From: Dehalococcoidia bacterium
GTDB taxonomy: Bacteria > Chloroflexota > Dehalococcoidia > Lucifugimonadales > JADFKI01
Assembly (NCBI GenBank): GCA_965203895.1
Contig: CBDBDI010000003.1
Location: 200,584-264,583 of the forward strand
DNA length: 64,000 bases
Reading direction: 5' to 3'
Shown here: positions 16,571 through 26,216 of the stretch, in pieces
Layout: every line of letters starts with the position of its first letter
How positions within the stretch are numbered: position 1 is the stretch's first letter
Notes under the pieces: generated by a model
Told to the model about the DNA's origin: nothing
Seen by the model: the letters and a program-made list of their open reading frames with translations, nothing else
The model's database searches: none
Made by a program: the position numbers and the translations under genes

Positions 16571-16963
16571 CTAGACTACGACTTCGCTGCCTACGATGGC
16601 TTCGGCGCTTGCGCGGTCTTCGGCGCTGATCGCGATTGTGGCGTAGCCGCCGTAGTGGTTGATTATGTGCAGGCTTTGTATGTTGACGCCGGCGTCTTTG
16701 AAGCGGCCTGCCACTTTCGCAAGCGCGCCCGGCTCGTCGCGCAGCCGAAACACTAGGAAGTCGTCGATTACCGCCTTAAAGCCGGCGTCCGCCAGCGCCA
16801 CAAGGCTGTTGTCGGGGTCGTCGGTTTCCAGCGTGATTATGCCGGTGTCTTCGGTGGTTTGGGCGTTGATGCGCTCGATGTTGATATGGCGGTCGGCGAG
16901 CGCCTTGCTGATGTCCGCCACAACGCCCACTTCGTTCTTGACTGTGATGATGATTCGGCTCAC
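16571..16963 (-). CDS. ACT domain-containing protein (two ACT-like halves)
   Basis: RIIITVKNEVGVVADISKALADRHINIERINAQ and LVFRLRDEPGALAKVAGRFKDAGVNIQSLHII. It lies 24 bp downstream of hdc on the same strand. Confidence 0.7.
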   Translation of the reverse strand: MSRIIITVKNEVGVVADISKALADRHINIERINAQTTEDTGIITLETDDPDNSLVALADAGFKAVIDDFLVFRLRDEPGALAKVAGRFKDAGVNIQSLHIINHYGGYATIAISAEDRASAEAIVGSEVVV

Positions 16964-16986
16964 GAAAATCCTCCCTAACTAAGCCA

Positions 16987-18126
16987 CTAAGCCGTCTGCG
17001 CGAGGCTGTGATTTAGGCAGTCTTGCGCGATTTGGTGTATGGTGTCTTTGGTGATGTGCTGCATAGCGATGATGTGCGCTATGTCTTCGTATGATGCGAG
17101 TTGCCACTTCGCCACGATTTCGGGCGCGGGCTTGGGGAATACCACGGTGACCGAGTTCTTGTTGCGCCAGGCGGGGATGCCGAGTTCGTTGAAGTGGTCG
17201 ACGGCGTATTGGGCGGTGTCCAGCATATCGGCGACGATTTCGCGGTAGCCTTCTACGCCGTAGCGCTGCAGCCCAAGCCAGATGATGAGCGGGGCGATTG
17301 CGCTGCGGGAGCCGGACAGGGTGGTGTCCATCACGCCGACGTACTCGATTGAGCGAGAGATGCGCGCAACATAGTCGTTCTTGGTTACCACCACGCCGCA
17401 GGGCAGCGGCGATCCGATGAGCTTGTGGCCGCTGATGGATACGCTGTCGAAGCCTTCGTGGAAGCCGTAGGGCTGCGGGTCATCCACGAATGGCAGTATC
17501 ATCCCGCTGAGCGCGGCGTCGCCGTGGATGTAGTATTGGGACACCGCCAAGTCTTTCAGGATGCGGCGCACGGCGTCCACATCGTCCACAGCGCCCTTCA
17601 TCGTTGTGCCGATGTTCGCCATAAAGATCATGGGGGCGTCGCGGTTGATGCGGATGGTTTCGTAGAGGTCTTCGTAGTCTATTTCGCCGTTGGGCTGGCT
17701 CTTAATCATAATGCTGCGGGTTTTGAGGACGCGCATGATTTTGACCACGCTGTAGTGAGTGTCTTCTGAGAAATAGACTACGCCGTCGGGGAAGAGTTCG
17801 CGCGCCAGGAACAGCCCGTACATGTTGCCTTCGGTGCCGCCGGATGTGACGTAGCCCCAGGCGCGCGCTTCGGGCAGATGCAGCATGCGCGCGAATGCGT
17901 GTATGACTTCGCGCTCAATGTCGTGGGTGTTGCTTGCGAAGTTGGTGCCGTGAAAGGGATCGCCCACATTGTTGGCGACGTAGTTGAGGAACGGCGTCAG
18001 CGCGGCGTAGTCGAAGTCTTGGTTGCAGGGGTAGCCGGCGAAAAGCCTACCTAGATCCTCGAACCTATGCAGCGCTTCGTCAAGGCGAGATTGGACTTCG
18101 GGCGGCGGCGTGTAGTTCGCATACAT
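16987..18126 (-). CDS. hdc: PLP-dependent histidine decarboxylase (Gram-negative type)
   Basis: 379 aa. WGYVTSGGTEGNMYGLFLARELFPDG, YFSEDTHYSVVKI, HGDAALSGMILPFVDDPQPYGF and SISGHKLIGSPLPCGVVV (PLP lysine) are closely collinear with enterobacterial HDC as I remember it. Confidence 0.85.
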   Translation of the reverse strand: MYANYTPPPEVQSRLDEALHRFEDLGRLFAGYPCNQDFDYAALTPFLNYVANNVGDPFHGTNFASNTHDIEREVIHAFARMLHLPEARAWGYVTSGGTEGNMYGLFLARELFPDGVVYFSEDTHYSVVKIMRVLKTRSIMIKSQPNGEIDYEDLYETIRINRDAPMIFMANIGTTMKGAVDDVDAVRRILKDLAVSQYYIHGDAALSGMILPFVDDPQPYGFHEGFDSVSISGHKLIGSPLPCGVVVTKNDYVARISRSIEYVGVMDTTLSGSRSAIAPLIIWLGLQRYGVEGYREIVADMLDTAQYAVDHFNELGIPAWRNKNSVTVVFPKPAPEIVAKWQLASYEDIAHIIAMQHITKDTIHQIAQDCLNHSLAQTA

Positions 18127-18279
18127 ACGGCGTCTCCTTTCGCTTGCACTCCACAGCTATGCACACTAAAGCGTAACATAGTTGGGGGCGTTCTGCATTG
18201 GGATTGGCGGGCAGATGGGGTTTGACGCCGGGGCGTGTTTGGGAAAGTAATCGACGCATCGTCGCCATAACCCAAATTA

Positions 18280-18308
18280 TTTTGCGTCCCTACGCCTCTG
18301 CGTTAAAC
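18280..18308 (-). repeat. Dispersed octamer-periodic repeat, inverted orientation
   Basis: ttttgcgtccctacgcctctgcgttaaac is the reverse complement of gtttaacgcagaggcgtagggacgcaaaa. Confidence 0.75.
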
Positions 18309-18384
18309 CCCGTCAGTCCAAGCGCTTTGCGCCATACCATTGACCGCCGCCCTAACGCTCAATAATAATAGATGTATCAGCGGC

Positions 18385-18470
18385 GCCGAAGTGGCGGAAT
18401 GGAAGACGCGACGGTCTCAAAAACCGTTGGGAGCGATCCCGTGTCGGTTCGAATCCGACCTTCGGCACCA
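18385..18470 (+). tRNA. tRNA-Leu (anticodon CAA)
   Basis: Acceptor GCCGAAG/CTTCGGC, anticodon arm ACGGT-CTCAAAA-ACCGT, long variable arm, T-loop GGTTCGAATCC, encoded CCA. Confidence 0.9.
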
Positions 18471-18828
18471 CGCCCCCCACGCCTCCCCTATCGCGTTACC
18501 GCGCGCCCACGCCCGCTTGCGCCGCCAACCTAACGGCGTAGGCGCAGCCGGGTGGCGTGAGCATAGCGCGCGCATCCCGCCCATATAGTCGCTTACGCAC
18601 GGCCGCGGCGCAATAGTGATATACTTTGCCGTGTGTTCCCGCCTAGGGCATTGGGCTGCCAGCGTCAGCGCGAATGCCCAAATAACTTGGGTTGTCCCGC
18701 CTTGCCCGGAGCATCCGCCAAACGGCTTATATCACGGAGACTCGCCGCCATATGCGCCATATGAAGCTTGCCGCCATCGCCGCCGCCCGCCGTTGCCGCG
18801 CGCCGTCCGCCGTGGGTCAGCGCGCCGC

Positions 18829-20121
18829 ATGAACCGCTCCGAACCGATAGCGGGGCAGCCTTCGGCCGCGCGCAGCTTCCGCATACCGCGCCTGCAGACA
18901 TTCGATTCGCTGCGCGCCTATCCCGATTTTCGGCTGCTGTGGGTGGGCAACTTCTGCTCCAACAACGCGCTGTGGCTGCAGATGCTCACCGCCGGCTGGC
19001 TTATGCGAAGCCTGACCGAAAACTCGCCCTACTCCACCTTCTTTGTGGTAACCGTGGGCGGTATGGCGATGCTGCCGGGGCTTGCCATGGCGCCCATAGC
19101 GGGGACGCTGGGCGATAGGGTGGATAGGCGCAAACTGGTCATTGGCATACAGAGCTTTATGGCGGTGTTCGCATTCCTGTTCGCGGTGATGGTGGGAATG
19201 CGGATGGCGTCGTTTGTCCATGTCTATGCCTATGTGTTCATAAGCGGCATCTGCTTGGCGATTACGCAGACCAACCGAATGGCGCTGATAGCCAACACCG
19301 TGCCGCGCGAGGCTATGAGCAACGCCTTCGCCACCAATGTGCTGACCATCCCCGGCACGCGGATGATAGGCCCGTTCGTGGGCGGCATTCTGATAACCAC
19401 GCTGGGCTTCTTTTGGAACTTCACGCTTGAGGCGCTTCTGTATCTGGGCACCGTGCTGGCGTATCTGCCGATGAACACGCCCTACACGCAGCGGAAGACG
19501 GCGGCGGCAAACGAATCGTTTCTGTCTGACCTGGTGGCGGGCTTCACATATGTATGGCGGGACAAGCGCGTGTTGCTCTACATAACGCTGCTGGGCTTCA
19601 TCCCCAACACGATATTGGAGCCGGCGATGTTTCTGCTGCCGGTGTTCACCGACGAGGTGCTGAAGCAGGGCGCCGATGTGGGCGGCTACTTGGTTGCCAT
19701 AAACGGCTTCGGCGGGCTTATGATGGCGCTGTTCATCGCGTCTTTCGGCTTCATATTCCGAAAGGGAATGATAGTGCTGGTGTGCGCCATAGTCAGCTCA
19801 GTGGTGATACTGCTATTCTCGCAGGCGTTCATACTGCCGTTGGCGTTTGTGCTGATAATGGTGTTCGCGCCAAGCCAAACGGCGTTCAGAACCGCCACGG
19901 TAACGCTTATGACGCTGATTGCGCCGGATGAGATGCGCGGGCGCGTGATGAGCATGCAGCGCTACAGCATGGGCGGCGTGGTGCTGTTCACGCTTGTGGT
20001 GGGCTGGTTCGCGGGCTTCACATCGGTGTCCATAGCGCTTGCGGCTATCGGCGTGATAGGCGCGGCGCTGGGCGCGCTCTTCTACATATTCGGGCGGCAG
20101 ATACGCGAGCTGGACGCATAG
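18829..20121 (+). CDS. MFS transporter (12-TM), copy 1 of a tandem pair
   Basis: From ATG 18829 (MNRSEPIAG..): FRLLWVGNFCSNNALWLQMLTAGWLM, IAGTLGDRVDRRKLV, and multiple hydrophobic helices. The upstream part of ORF 18616 is not protein-like. Confidence 0.8.
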   Translation: MNRSEPIAGQPSAARSFRIPRLQTFDSLRAYPDFRLLWVGNFCSNNALWLQMLTAGWLMRSLTENSPYSTFFVVTVGGMAMLPGLAMAPIAGTLGDRVDRRKLVIGIQSFMAVFAFLFAVMVGMRMASFVHVYAYVFISGICLAITQTNRMALIANTVPREAMSNAFATNVLTIPGTRMIGPFVGGILITTLGFFWNFTLEALLYLGTVLAYLPMNTPYTQRKTAAANESFLSDLVAGFTYVWRDKRVLLYITLLGFIPNTILEPAMFLLPVFTDEVLKQGADVGGYLVAINGFGGLMMALFIASFGFIFRKGMIVLVCAIVSSVVILLFSQAFILPLAFVLIMVFAPSQTAFRTATVTLMTLIAPDEMRGRVMSMQRYSMGGVVLFTLVVGWFAGFTSVSIALAAIGVIGAALGALFYIFGRQIRELDA

Positions 20122-20124
20122 GCA

Positions 20125-21441
20125 ATGGAGAGATCGGACGCCGCAAAGGGGCGCTCAAGCAGACCGCGCGCCAATCCACGGCGGTCGTCGAACGGCAGGA
20201 TGCGGCTGCCGCGCCTGCGGACTTTCGACTCATTCGCATACCCCGATTATCGGCTGTTGTGGATGGGCAACTTCTTTTCCAACAGCGCGCAGTGGTTGCA
20301 GCTGCTCACGGTGGGCTGGCTGATGCGCGGGTTGACGGCGGGCTCTTCCTCATCCACGCTGTTCGTGATAACCGTGGGCGGGATGAGCCTGCTGCCGGGG
20401 CTGCTAATGGCGCCAATCGCGGGGACGCTGGGCGATAGGCTTGACCGGCGCAAACTGGTCATCGGCATACAAGCGTTTATGGCGGCGTTTTCGTTTCTGT
20501 TCGCGGTGATGGTGGGGCAGCAGCTGGTTACCACTTGGCACGCATACATCTATGTGTTCGTGAGCGGCGTGTGCGTGTCCATCAGCCAGAACAGCCGCAT
20601 GGCGCTGGTGGCGAACACGGTGCCGCGGGAGGCGCTGGCGCACGCCTTCGCCACGAATGTGCTGACCATCCCCGGCACGCGGATGATAGGCCCGTTCATA
20701 GGCGGCATTCTGATAACTACGCTGGGCTTCTTTTGGAACTTCACGCTTGAGGCGCTGCTGTATCTGGGGACAATCCTGACCTTTCTGCCGATGAAGACGC
20801 CCTATCAGCAGCGGCGGCGGGCGTCGGCAAACGAATCGTTTATGAGCGATCTGCTGGCGGGGTTCACCTACATTTGGCGGGACAAGCGGGTGCTGCTCTA
20901 CCTGACGCTGCTGGGGTTCATACCGAACACGATACTGCAGCCGGTGATGTTTCTGCTGCCGGTGTTCACGGATGAGATATTGCGGCGCGGCGCCGATGTG
21001 GGCGGGTATTTCCTGGCGATAAACGGCTTGGGCGGGCTGCTGATGGCGCTGTTCATAGCGTCTTTCGGGTTCGTGTTTCGCAAGGGAATGATTGTGCTGG
21101 TAACCGCGATCGCGAGCTCGGTGATAATCCTGCTGTTTTCGCATGCGTTCATACCGCCGCTGGCGTTTGCGCTGATAATGTTGTTCGCGTCCAGCCAATC
21201 GGCGTTCAGAACTACCAACGGCACGCTGATGCAGCTGCTGGTGTCGGACGATATGCGGAGCCGGGTTACCAGCCTGCAGCGGTACAGCATGGGCGGGGTT
21301 ATCGTGTCTAGCTTCGTTATCGGGTGGTTCGCGCAACTGACTTCGGTGTCCATAGCGCTGGCGGCGATGGGCGTTTTGGGCGCGGCGCTTGGGCTTGCGT
21401 TCTGGTTTATGGCGCGCCAGCTGCATGAGTTGGACGCATAG
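20125..21441 (+). CDS. MFS transporter, copy 2 of a tandem pair
   Basis: Collinear paralog of the preceding gene (YRLLWMGNFFSNSAQWLQLLTVGWLM, IAGTLGDRLDRRKLV). It starts 4 nt after the previous stop. Confidence 0.8.
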   Translation: MERSDAAKGRSSRPRANPRRSSNGRMRLPRLRTFDSFAYPDYRLLWMGNFFSNSAQWLQLLTVGWLMRGLTAGSSSSTLFVITVGGMSLLPGLLMAPIAGTLGDRLDRRKLVIGIQAFMAAFSFLFAVMVGQQLVTTWHAYIYVFVSGVCVSISQNSRMALVANTVPREALAHAFATNVLTIPGTRMIGPFIGGILITTLGFFWNFTLEALLYLGTILTFLPMKTPYQQRRRASANESFMSDLLAGFTYIWRDKRVLLYLTLLGFIPNTILQPVMFLLPVFTDEILRRGADVGGYFLAINGLGGLLMALFIASFGFVFRKGMIVLVTAIASSVIILLFSHAFIPPLAFALIMLFASSQSAFRTTNGTLMQLLVSDDMRSRVTSLQRYSMGGVIVSSFVIGWFAQLTSVSIALAAMGVLGAALGLAFWFMARQLHELDA

Positions 21442-21472
21442 CGGCAGCGCGAAACCGGGCGTAATGCGGGCG

Positions 21473-22423
21473 CTAGGCGTACTCGACGATGTGTCCGAAT
21501 AGGCGCTTGAGGCGGGCGGCGTGGGCGGCGGGCAGACGCGGGTTTCGCAGCGCGGCGATGTTGGCTTCCAGGTGGGCGGCGCTTGATGTGCCGGTGATGA
21601 CGCTTGCCACGGCGGGATGGTCGGCGGCGAACTTGTAGGCGGCGCTTATCACAGAGTCCACGTCGTCGCGAACAAGCCAACCCAGCGGATCGCGCGGCGG
21701 CAGGCTGTCGGCGCTGATGTAGCCTTTGCGCTTCCAATCGTCTATGAGTTCCTCCAGCAGCGTAGGATTGGGAAGCTTGACGCGCACGGACGCCATATTG
21801 AGAACGCCGATTTGGTGGCGCAGCGCGAGGGGCAGCGCCTCTTTGGCGGCATGCTGATTGAGGATGCCGTATTTGAGCATCACAACATCCCACATATCGG
21901 GGTGAGCGCCCAGCGCTAGGGGCAGGATTTCTTGGGCGGGATCGGCTATGTAGCGCGTGCTGAAGCCTTTGAAACGGATTTTGCCCTGCGCTTGCAGGCG
22001 CTCCATAGCGGGGATGAAGCGCTCGACGACGGCGGCGTAGTCGGGCGCTAGGATGCCGTGGATCATCATCACGTCGATATGGTCGGTTCGCAGTCGAGTT
22101 AGGCTGCGCTCGACGGACGCTTGGAGGGCGGCGGCGTCCGGGATTGCGCCGTCTGCGCCGCCGCGGTGGTATGCCCATTTGGTTACAAGATGGTGGGCGT
22201 CTCTGGGGACGCCGCTTAGTGCGCTGCCTAGGATGCGCTCGCTGTCGCCGTAGGCTTCGTGGGTGTCGAACAGGTTGACGCCGAGTTCCAGGCAGCGGCG
22301 CACAAGGGCGGTCTGCTCGCGCTGGGGCAAGCCTTTATGCTGGCCGAATTGGCTGGGTCCGCCGGTGCCGAATGCGGCTAGGGACGCTTTTAGGCCGGTT
22401 TTGCCTAGCAGTCGGTATTGCAT
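21473..22423 (-). CDS. Aldo/keto reductase
   Basis: MQYRLLGKTGLKASLAAFGTGG..LFDTHEAYGDSE..IDVMMIHG. Confidence 0.8.
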   Translation of the reverse strand: MQYRLLGKTGLKASLAAFGTGGPSQFGQHKGLPQREQTALVRRCLELGVNLFDTHEAYGDSERILGSALSGVPRDAHHLVTKWAYHRGGADGAIPDAAALQASVERSLTRLRTDHIDVMMIHGILAPDYAAVVERFIPAMERLQAQGKIRFKGFSTRYIADPAQEILPLALGAHPDMWDVVMLKYGILNQHAAKEALPLALRHQIGVLNMASVRVKLPNPTLLEELIDDWKRKGYISADSLPPRDPLGWLVRDDVDSVISAAYKFAADHPAVASVITGTSSAAHLEANIAALRNPRLPAAHAARLKRLFGHIVEYA

Positions 22424-22462
22424 ATGCGGGGGCTTTCGTTTGGCGCTGGGCGGGCGTGGGCG

Positions 22463-23548
22463 CTAGAGCATGACTACTGAGCGCAGCACTTCGCCGCGTT
22501 CCATTTTGTGGAAGGCTTCCTCTACTTCGTCGAGCGCGATGGTTTCGGATACGAAGCGGTCGAGGTCTAGGCGGCCTTGCATGTATAGGTCGATGAACAT
22601 CGGGAAGTCGCGGGTGGGCAGGCAGTCGCCGTACCATGATGATTTGAGCGCGCCGCCTCTGCCGAAGATTTCGATTAGGGGCAGCTCGATTTTCATTCGC
22701 GGGTCGGGGACGCCGACTAGCACCACCGTGCCGGCGAGGTCGCGGGCGTAGAATGCCTGCTCGTAGGTGATGGGGTTGCCGACGGCTTCGATGGCGACGT
22801 CGACGCCGTTGCCGTCGGTGAGTTCGCGTATTCGCTCTACGGGATCGGTTTGGGCGGCGTCGATGGTGTGGGTAGCGCCGAACTCGGTTGCCCATTCAAG
22901 CTTGCGGGCGTCTATGTCGACGGCGATGATGGTATGAGCGCCTGCGAGGCTTGCGCCTGCGATGGCGGCATCGCCTACGCCGCCGCATCCGAATACCGCA
23001 ACGGAGTCGCCGCGGGATACGCCGCCGGTGTTGACGGCAGCGCCCAGCCCCGCCATTACGCCGCATCCGACGAGTCCGGCGGCGGCGGGGGATGCGTCGG
23101 GGTCGATTTTGACGGCTTGGCCGGCGTCGACCAGGGTGAGTTCGGCGAAGGCGCCGATGCCGAGCGCGGGGGATAGCGGGCTGCCGTCGGCGCGCGTCAT
23201 GGGCTGGGCGGCGTTGCGGCTGTCGAAGCAGTACCAGGGGCGGCCGCGCAGGCAGGAGCGGCAGTTACTGCAGGGGGCGCGCCATGCGATTATGACGAAG
23301 TCGCCGGGGGCTATGGCGGTTACGCCGTCGCCGACGGCTTCCACCGTGCCGGACGCTTCGTGTCCGAGCAGGAAGGGGAAGTCGTCGTTGATAGCGCCTT
23401 CGCGGTAGTGGAGGTCGGTGTGGCAGACGCCGCACGCCTGCACTCGGATGAGCGCTTCGCCGGGGCCGGGATCGGGGACGATGACGGTTTCGACAGAGAC
23501 GGGTTCGCCTTTGCCCGCCGAGATAACGCCTTTGACCTGATTAACCAT
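22463..23548 (-). CDS. Zinc-dependent alcohol dehydrogenase (class III / formaldehyde dehydrogenase-like)
   Basis: [44 protein letters not shown] aggagg. Confidence 0.85.
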   Translation of the reverse strand: MVNQVKGVISAGKGEPVSVETVIVPDPGPGEALIRVQACGVCHTDLHYREGAINDDFPFLLGHEASGTVEAVGDGVTAIAPGDFVIIAWRAPCSNCRSCLRGRPWYCFDSRNAAQPMTRADGSPLSPALGIGAFAELTLVDAGQAVKIDPDASPAAAGLVGCGVMAGLGAAVNTGGVSRGDSVAVFGCGGVGDAAIAGASLAGAHTIIAVDIDARKLEWATEFGATHTIDAAQTDPVERIRELTDGNGVDVAIEAVGNPITYEQAFYARDLAGTVVLVGVPDPRMKIELPLIEIFGRGGALKSSWYGDCLPTRDFPMFIDLYMQGRLDLDRFVSETIALDEVEEAFHKMERGEVLRSVVML

Positions 23549-23624
23549 AATCTTGCCTCCTGCGTATTGGATAGTATGGAGGGCAAGTGTATCAGATTGC
23601 GGCGGGGCGTGTTTGGGCTAATAT

Positions 23625-23643
23625 TTTTGGCGCAAAGGGGGGG
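23625..23643 (+). repeat. Half-copy of the dispersed repeat (3' part)
   Basis: ttttggcgcaaaggggggg matches the ggcgcaaaggggg end of the copy at 42481. Confidence 0.5.
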
Positions 23644-23645
23644 TG

Positions 23646-23680
23646 TTGACATAAGGGCGGTGTGTGTAGAAAATTGGCGT
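23646..23680 (+). promoter_or_regulatory. Possible promoter for the 528-aa orphan gene
   Basis: A consensus -35 TTGACA at 23646-23651 is followed 15-17 nt later by tagaaaat, a weak -10. Confidence 0.35.
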
Positions 23681-23724
23681 TGATTTAGGATTGTTGGCGT
23701 ATTGAGTTAGGGCGGTACGGGCCA

Positions 23725-25311
23725 ATGGCAGAGTATTACAGGACAAGATTTACGATTGAAGGCGCAGTCGAAGACTCTGAATTGCGCGGCGTGGCACTGC
23801 TTGAGGCGGCGGCGGGCGTGGCGCACGAATGGGCGGAAGATCGGTTTGGCGAACCGCTTGGGGATGTTGCGGGCAACTATAAGGCTGACAACGGCGCTGC
23901 GGTACATATCGACAGGGAGCGATTGGAAGACTCGGGGTTTTGGGGTTTGACGCTGGAGCATCCTGACAGGGATACGGACGGCGTTAGGTGGCGCAGCGAT
24001 TTTCGGCTTGCTACGGAAGGCGATAGGGTTGACGCCGAAATAGATGTGAGCTTGCGAAGGGCAGGCAACGCGCCTGATTCGTCTAATTCGCTTGGGAACG
24101 CAAGTTATCCTAACGCTTTGGCGGCTTTGTTCAGGAAGTTTGTCTGCAAGTCGGCGGGCGAAGCGCTCACGATTAGGGCGAAGCGGGTTGCCGCAAGCGA
24201 TGCGGCGGCGTTTGTGGATGACGCGATTTTCGGCTCCGAAAGGCTGATGCCGTTGGTGGTGGTGTCTGAACGGTGGGGAAGGGTTCTTGTGGACCCGGAT
24301 TACTTGCAGTGGCGGCTTTTGGGTCTGGCGACAGTGGCTACCTACGATGATGAGGCGGCGCGGGCGGCGCGCGAACGGTTGGGAAATTCTCCGATAGGAT
24401 GCTGGGGCGGGTATATTCGGGCGTACAGGCCCGGGTGTTTGCCGGACGATGATTTGCCGGGGACGCCATGGCGAAACAGATACTGGACTTGGCAAGAGAT
24501 GATCAACATCATGCGGCAGAATCCCGAGGATCTGCTGCGCGATATTGGGGATGAGTGTCTGGGGCTTGCGCTGCCTCAGCCGCGGCCGCGCTTGTATGAA
24601 GAGGTATCTTCACGGATTCGGCGGGTGCGATATGAGCGGCTGTTGGAGAGGGCTGAGGGCGCATCGGCAGACGTCGCCGAAAATAAGGCTCTTTGGGAAC
24701 TTGCTGATGGCGCGACGCGTGAGAATGGTGAGTTGCGCGAACAGATTGACGAACTAAATTCTCAGATTTCGGTCAAAGACTCCGTCATTAAGCAGCTCAA
24801 TGTAACCATTGTAGCCCTTCAGCGTTCAGATGCGGATGAGCCGGATGCTGAATTAGGGGATTTGGACGAACTACGGCCTAAGTTCGCATCCGTGTATGCG
24901 ATGGTTGAGTACGCCGACGGTAAGTTGACGCATTTGCGGTTTGTGCCTAATGCGTTTAAGACTGCGAAGTCCGACTATACGAAAGGGTTCGACAACCGAG
25001 CTGATGCGATATTCAGGGCGTTGGAAACGCTGAATGAGTGCGCTCGGCAGCGTGCGCGTCCCGAATCACTGCAGGGGAAGAGTGTGGAGCTGTGGCTTAA
25101 AGAGTATGGCGTTGAATACTCGGATGAGTCTGAGTCGACGAAAAATCAATTTTCAGATGAGCGCACATTCTTCGACCCCGCCATTTCAGATGATCGTCTT
25201 ATGACACATCACATCAAGATGTTCGGCAACGATATTCGGATTCATTTGTGCTGGAGTCCAGATGAAGGCAAATTCATCGTGGGATATATCCGCGAACATT
25301 TGAAGATCTAG
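23725..25311 (+). CDS. Hypothetical 528-aa protein: N-terminal unknown domain, central coiled coil, C-terminal unknown domain
   Basis: Clean ORF with a coiled-coil segment (ENKALWELADGATRENGELREQIDELNSQISVKDSVIKQLNVTIVALQ). The C-terminus is HHIKMFGNDIRIHLCWSPDEGKFIVGYIREHLKI. No family recognised. Confidence 0.6.
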   Translation: MAEYYRTRFTIEGAVEDSELRGVALLEAAAGVAHEWAEDRFGEPLGDVAGNYKADNGAAVHIDRERLEDSGFWGLTLEHPDRDTDGVRWRSDFRLATEGDRVDAEIDVSLRRAGNAPDSSNSLGNASYPNALAALFRKFVCKSAGEALTIRAKRVAASDAAAFVDDAIFGSERLMPLVVVSERWGRVLVDPDYLQWRLLGLATVATYDDEAARAARERLGNSPIGCWGGYIRAYRPGCLPDDDLPGTPWRNRYWTWQEMINIMRQNPEDLLRDIGDECLGLALPQPRPRLYEEVSSRIRRVRYERLLERAEGASADVAENKALWELADGATRENGELREQIDELNSQISVKDSVIKQLNVTIVALQRSDADEPDAELGDLDELRPKFASVYAMVEYADGKLTHLRFVPNAFKTAKSDYTKGFDNRADAIFRALETLNECARQRARPESLQGKSVELWLKEYGVEYSDESESTKNQFSDERTFFDPAISDDRLMTHHIKMFGNDIRIHLCWSPDEGKFIVGYIREHLKI

Positions 25312-25342
25312 TGACTGGACTTGACTAGAATAGAGGTACTTC

Positions 25343-25368
25343 AAACGCAGGGGTGCAAAGGCATAAAG
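25343..25368 (+). repeat. Degenerate copy of the dispersed octamer-periodic repeat
   Basis: aaacgcaggggtgcaaaggcataaag, i.e. three RYGCARRG-like octamers, 32 nt after the stop of the orphan gene. Confidence 0.45.
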
Positions 25369-25384
25369 CAGAAAGGGCGATGCA

Positions 25385-26140
25385 ATGACACTCGACGGGC
25401 GGGTTGCGATTGTTACGGGGTCGGGGCGCAATATCGGGCGGGCGACGGCGCTGGAGTTGGCGCGGCGTGGCGCGGCGGTTGTGGTGAACGCGCGCGCTAA
25501 TCGGCGGGAGGCCGAAGGCGTGGTCGGCGAAATCGAGGCGCTGGGCGGCAAGGCGGTTGCGGCGGTCGCGGATGTGGGGGATCAAGCGCAGGTTAACGCT
25601 ATGGTGGAACGTGCGCTTGAGGCGTTTGGCAGGGTGGACATTCTGGTCAATAACGCGGGAATGCGGGCGGCGCAGGGCGTTGCGGATATGACGGTCGAGC
25701 AGTGGCGGCAGGTGCTGGCGGTGAATTTGGATGCGCCGTTTTTCTGCGCGCAGGCGGTTGTTCCGGGAATGATGGAGCGCGGTTGGGGACGGATTATCAA
25801 TGTGTCGGGGTTGAACGCTTTCAGCGGCAGAGCGGGATGGGCGCATGTGTGCGCTTCCAAGATGGGCGCGCTGGGGCTGACGCGGGCGCTGGCGGCGGAG
25901 CTTGCGGAGTACAACATCCTGGTGAACCATATCGTGCCGGGGGCGTTCGATACTACGCCTCCGCCGGAGCAGGCGGGCGGGGTAATGCCGCCGGCCGCGG
26001 CGCGCGCCGCGGGGATTCCGCTGGGCAGGCTGGGGATGCCACAAGAGATTGCGACTACCTGCGCGTTTCTGGCGTCGGATGACGCATCGTTCATCACGGG
26101 GCAGACTATCCATGTGAACGGGGGCGCGCTTGCGTACTAG
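25385..26140 (+). CDS. SDR family oxidoreductase (FabG-like)
   Basis: VAIVTGSGRNIGRATALELARRGAAVVV, NNAG, ASKMGALGLTRALA. Confidence 0.85.
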   Translation: MTLDGRVAIVTGSGRNIGRATALELARRGAAVVVNARANRREAEGVVGEIEALGGKAVAAVADVGDQAQVNAMVERALEAFGRVDILVNNAGMRAAQGVADMTVEQWRQVLAVNLDAPFFCAQAVVPGMMERGWGRIINVSGLNAFSGRAGWAHVCASKMGALGLTRALAAELAEYNILVNHIVPGAFDTTPPPEQAGGVMPPAAARAAGIPLGRLGMPQEIATTCAFLASDDASFITGQTIHVNGGALAY

Positions 26141-26216
26141 GGTTGGCGCGGGCGTGGTATAATTGGGCAAGCGAATTGGGGGATGCGAGGCATATAGGCA
26201 TAGGCGTCTTGGTTGC

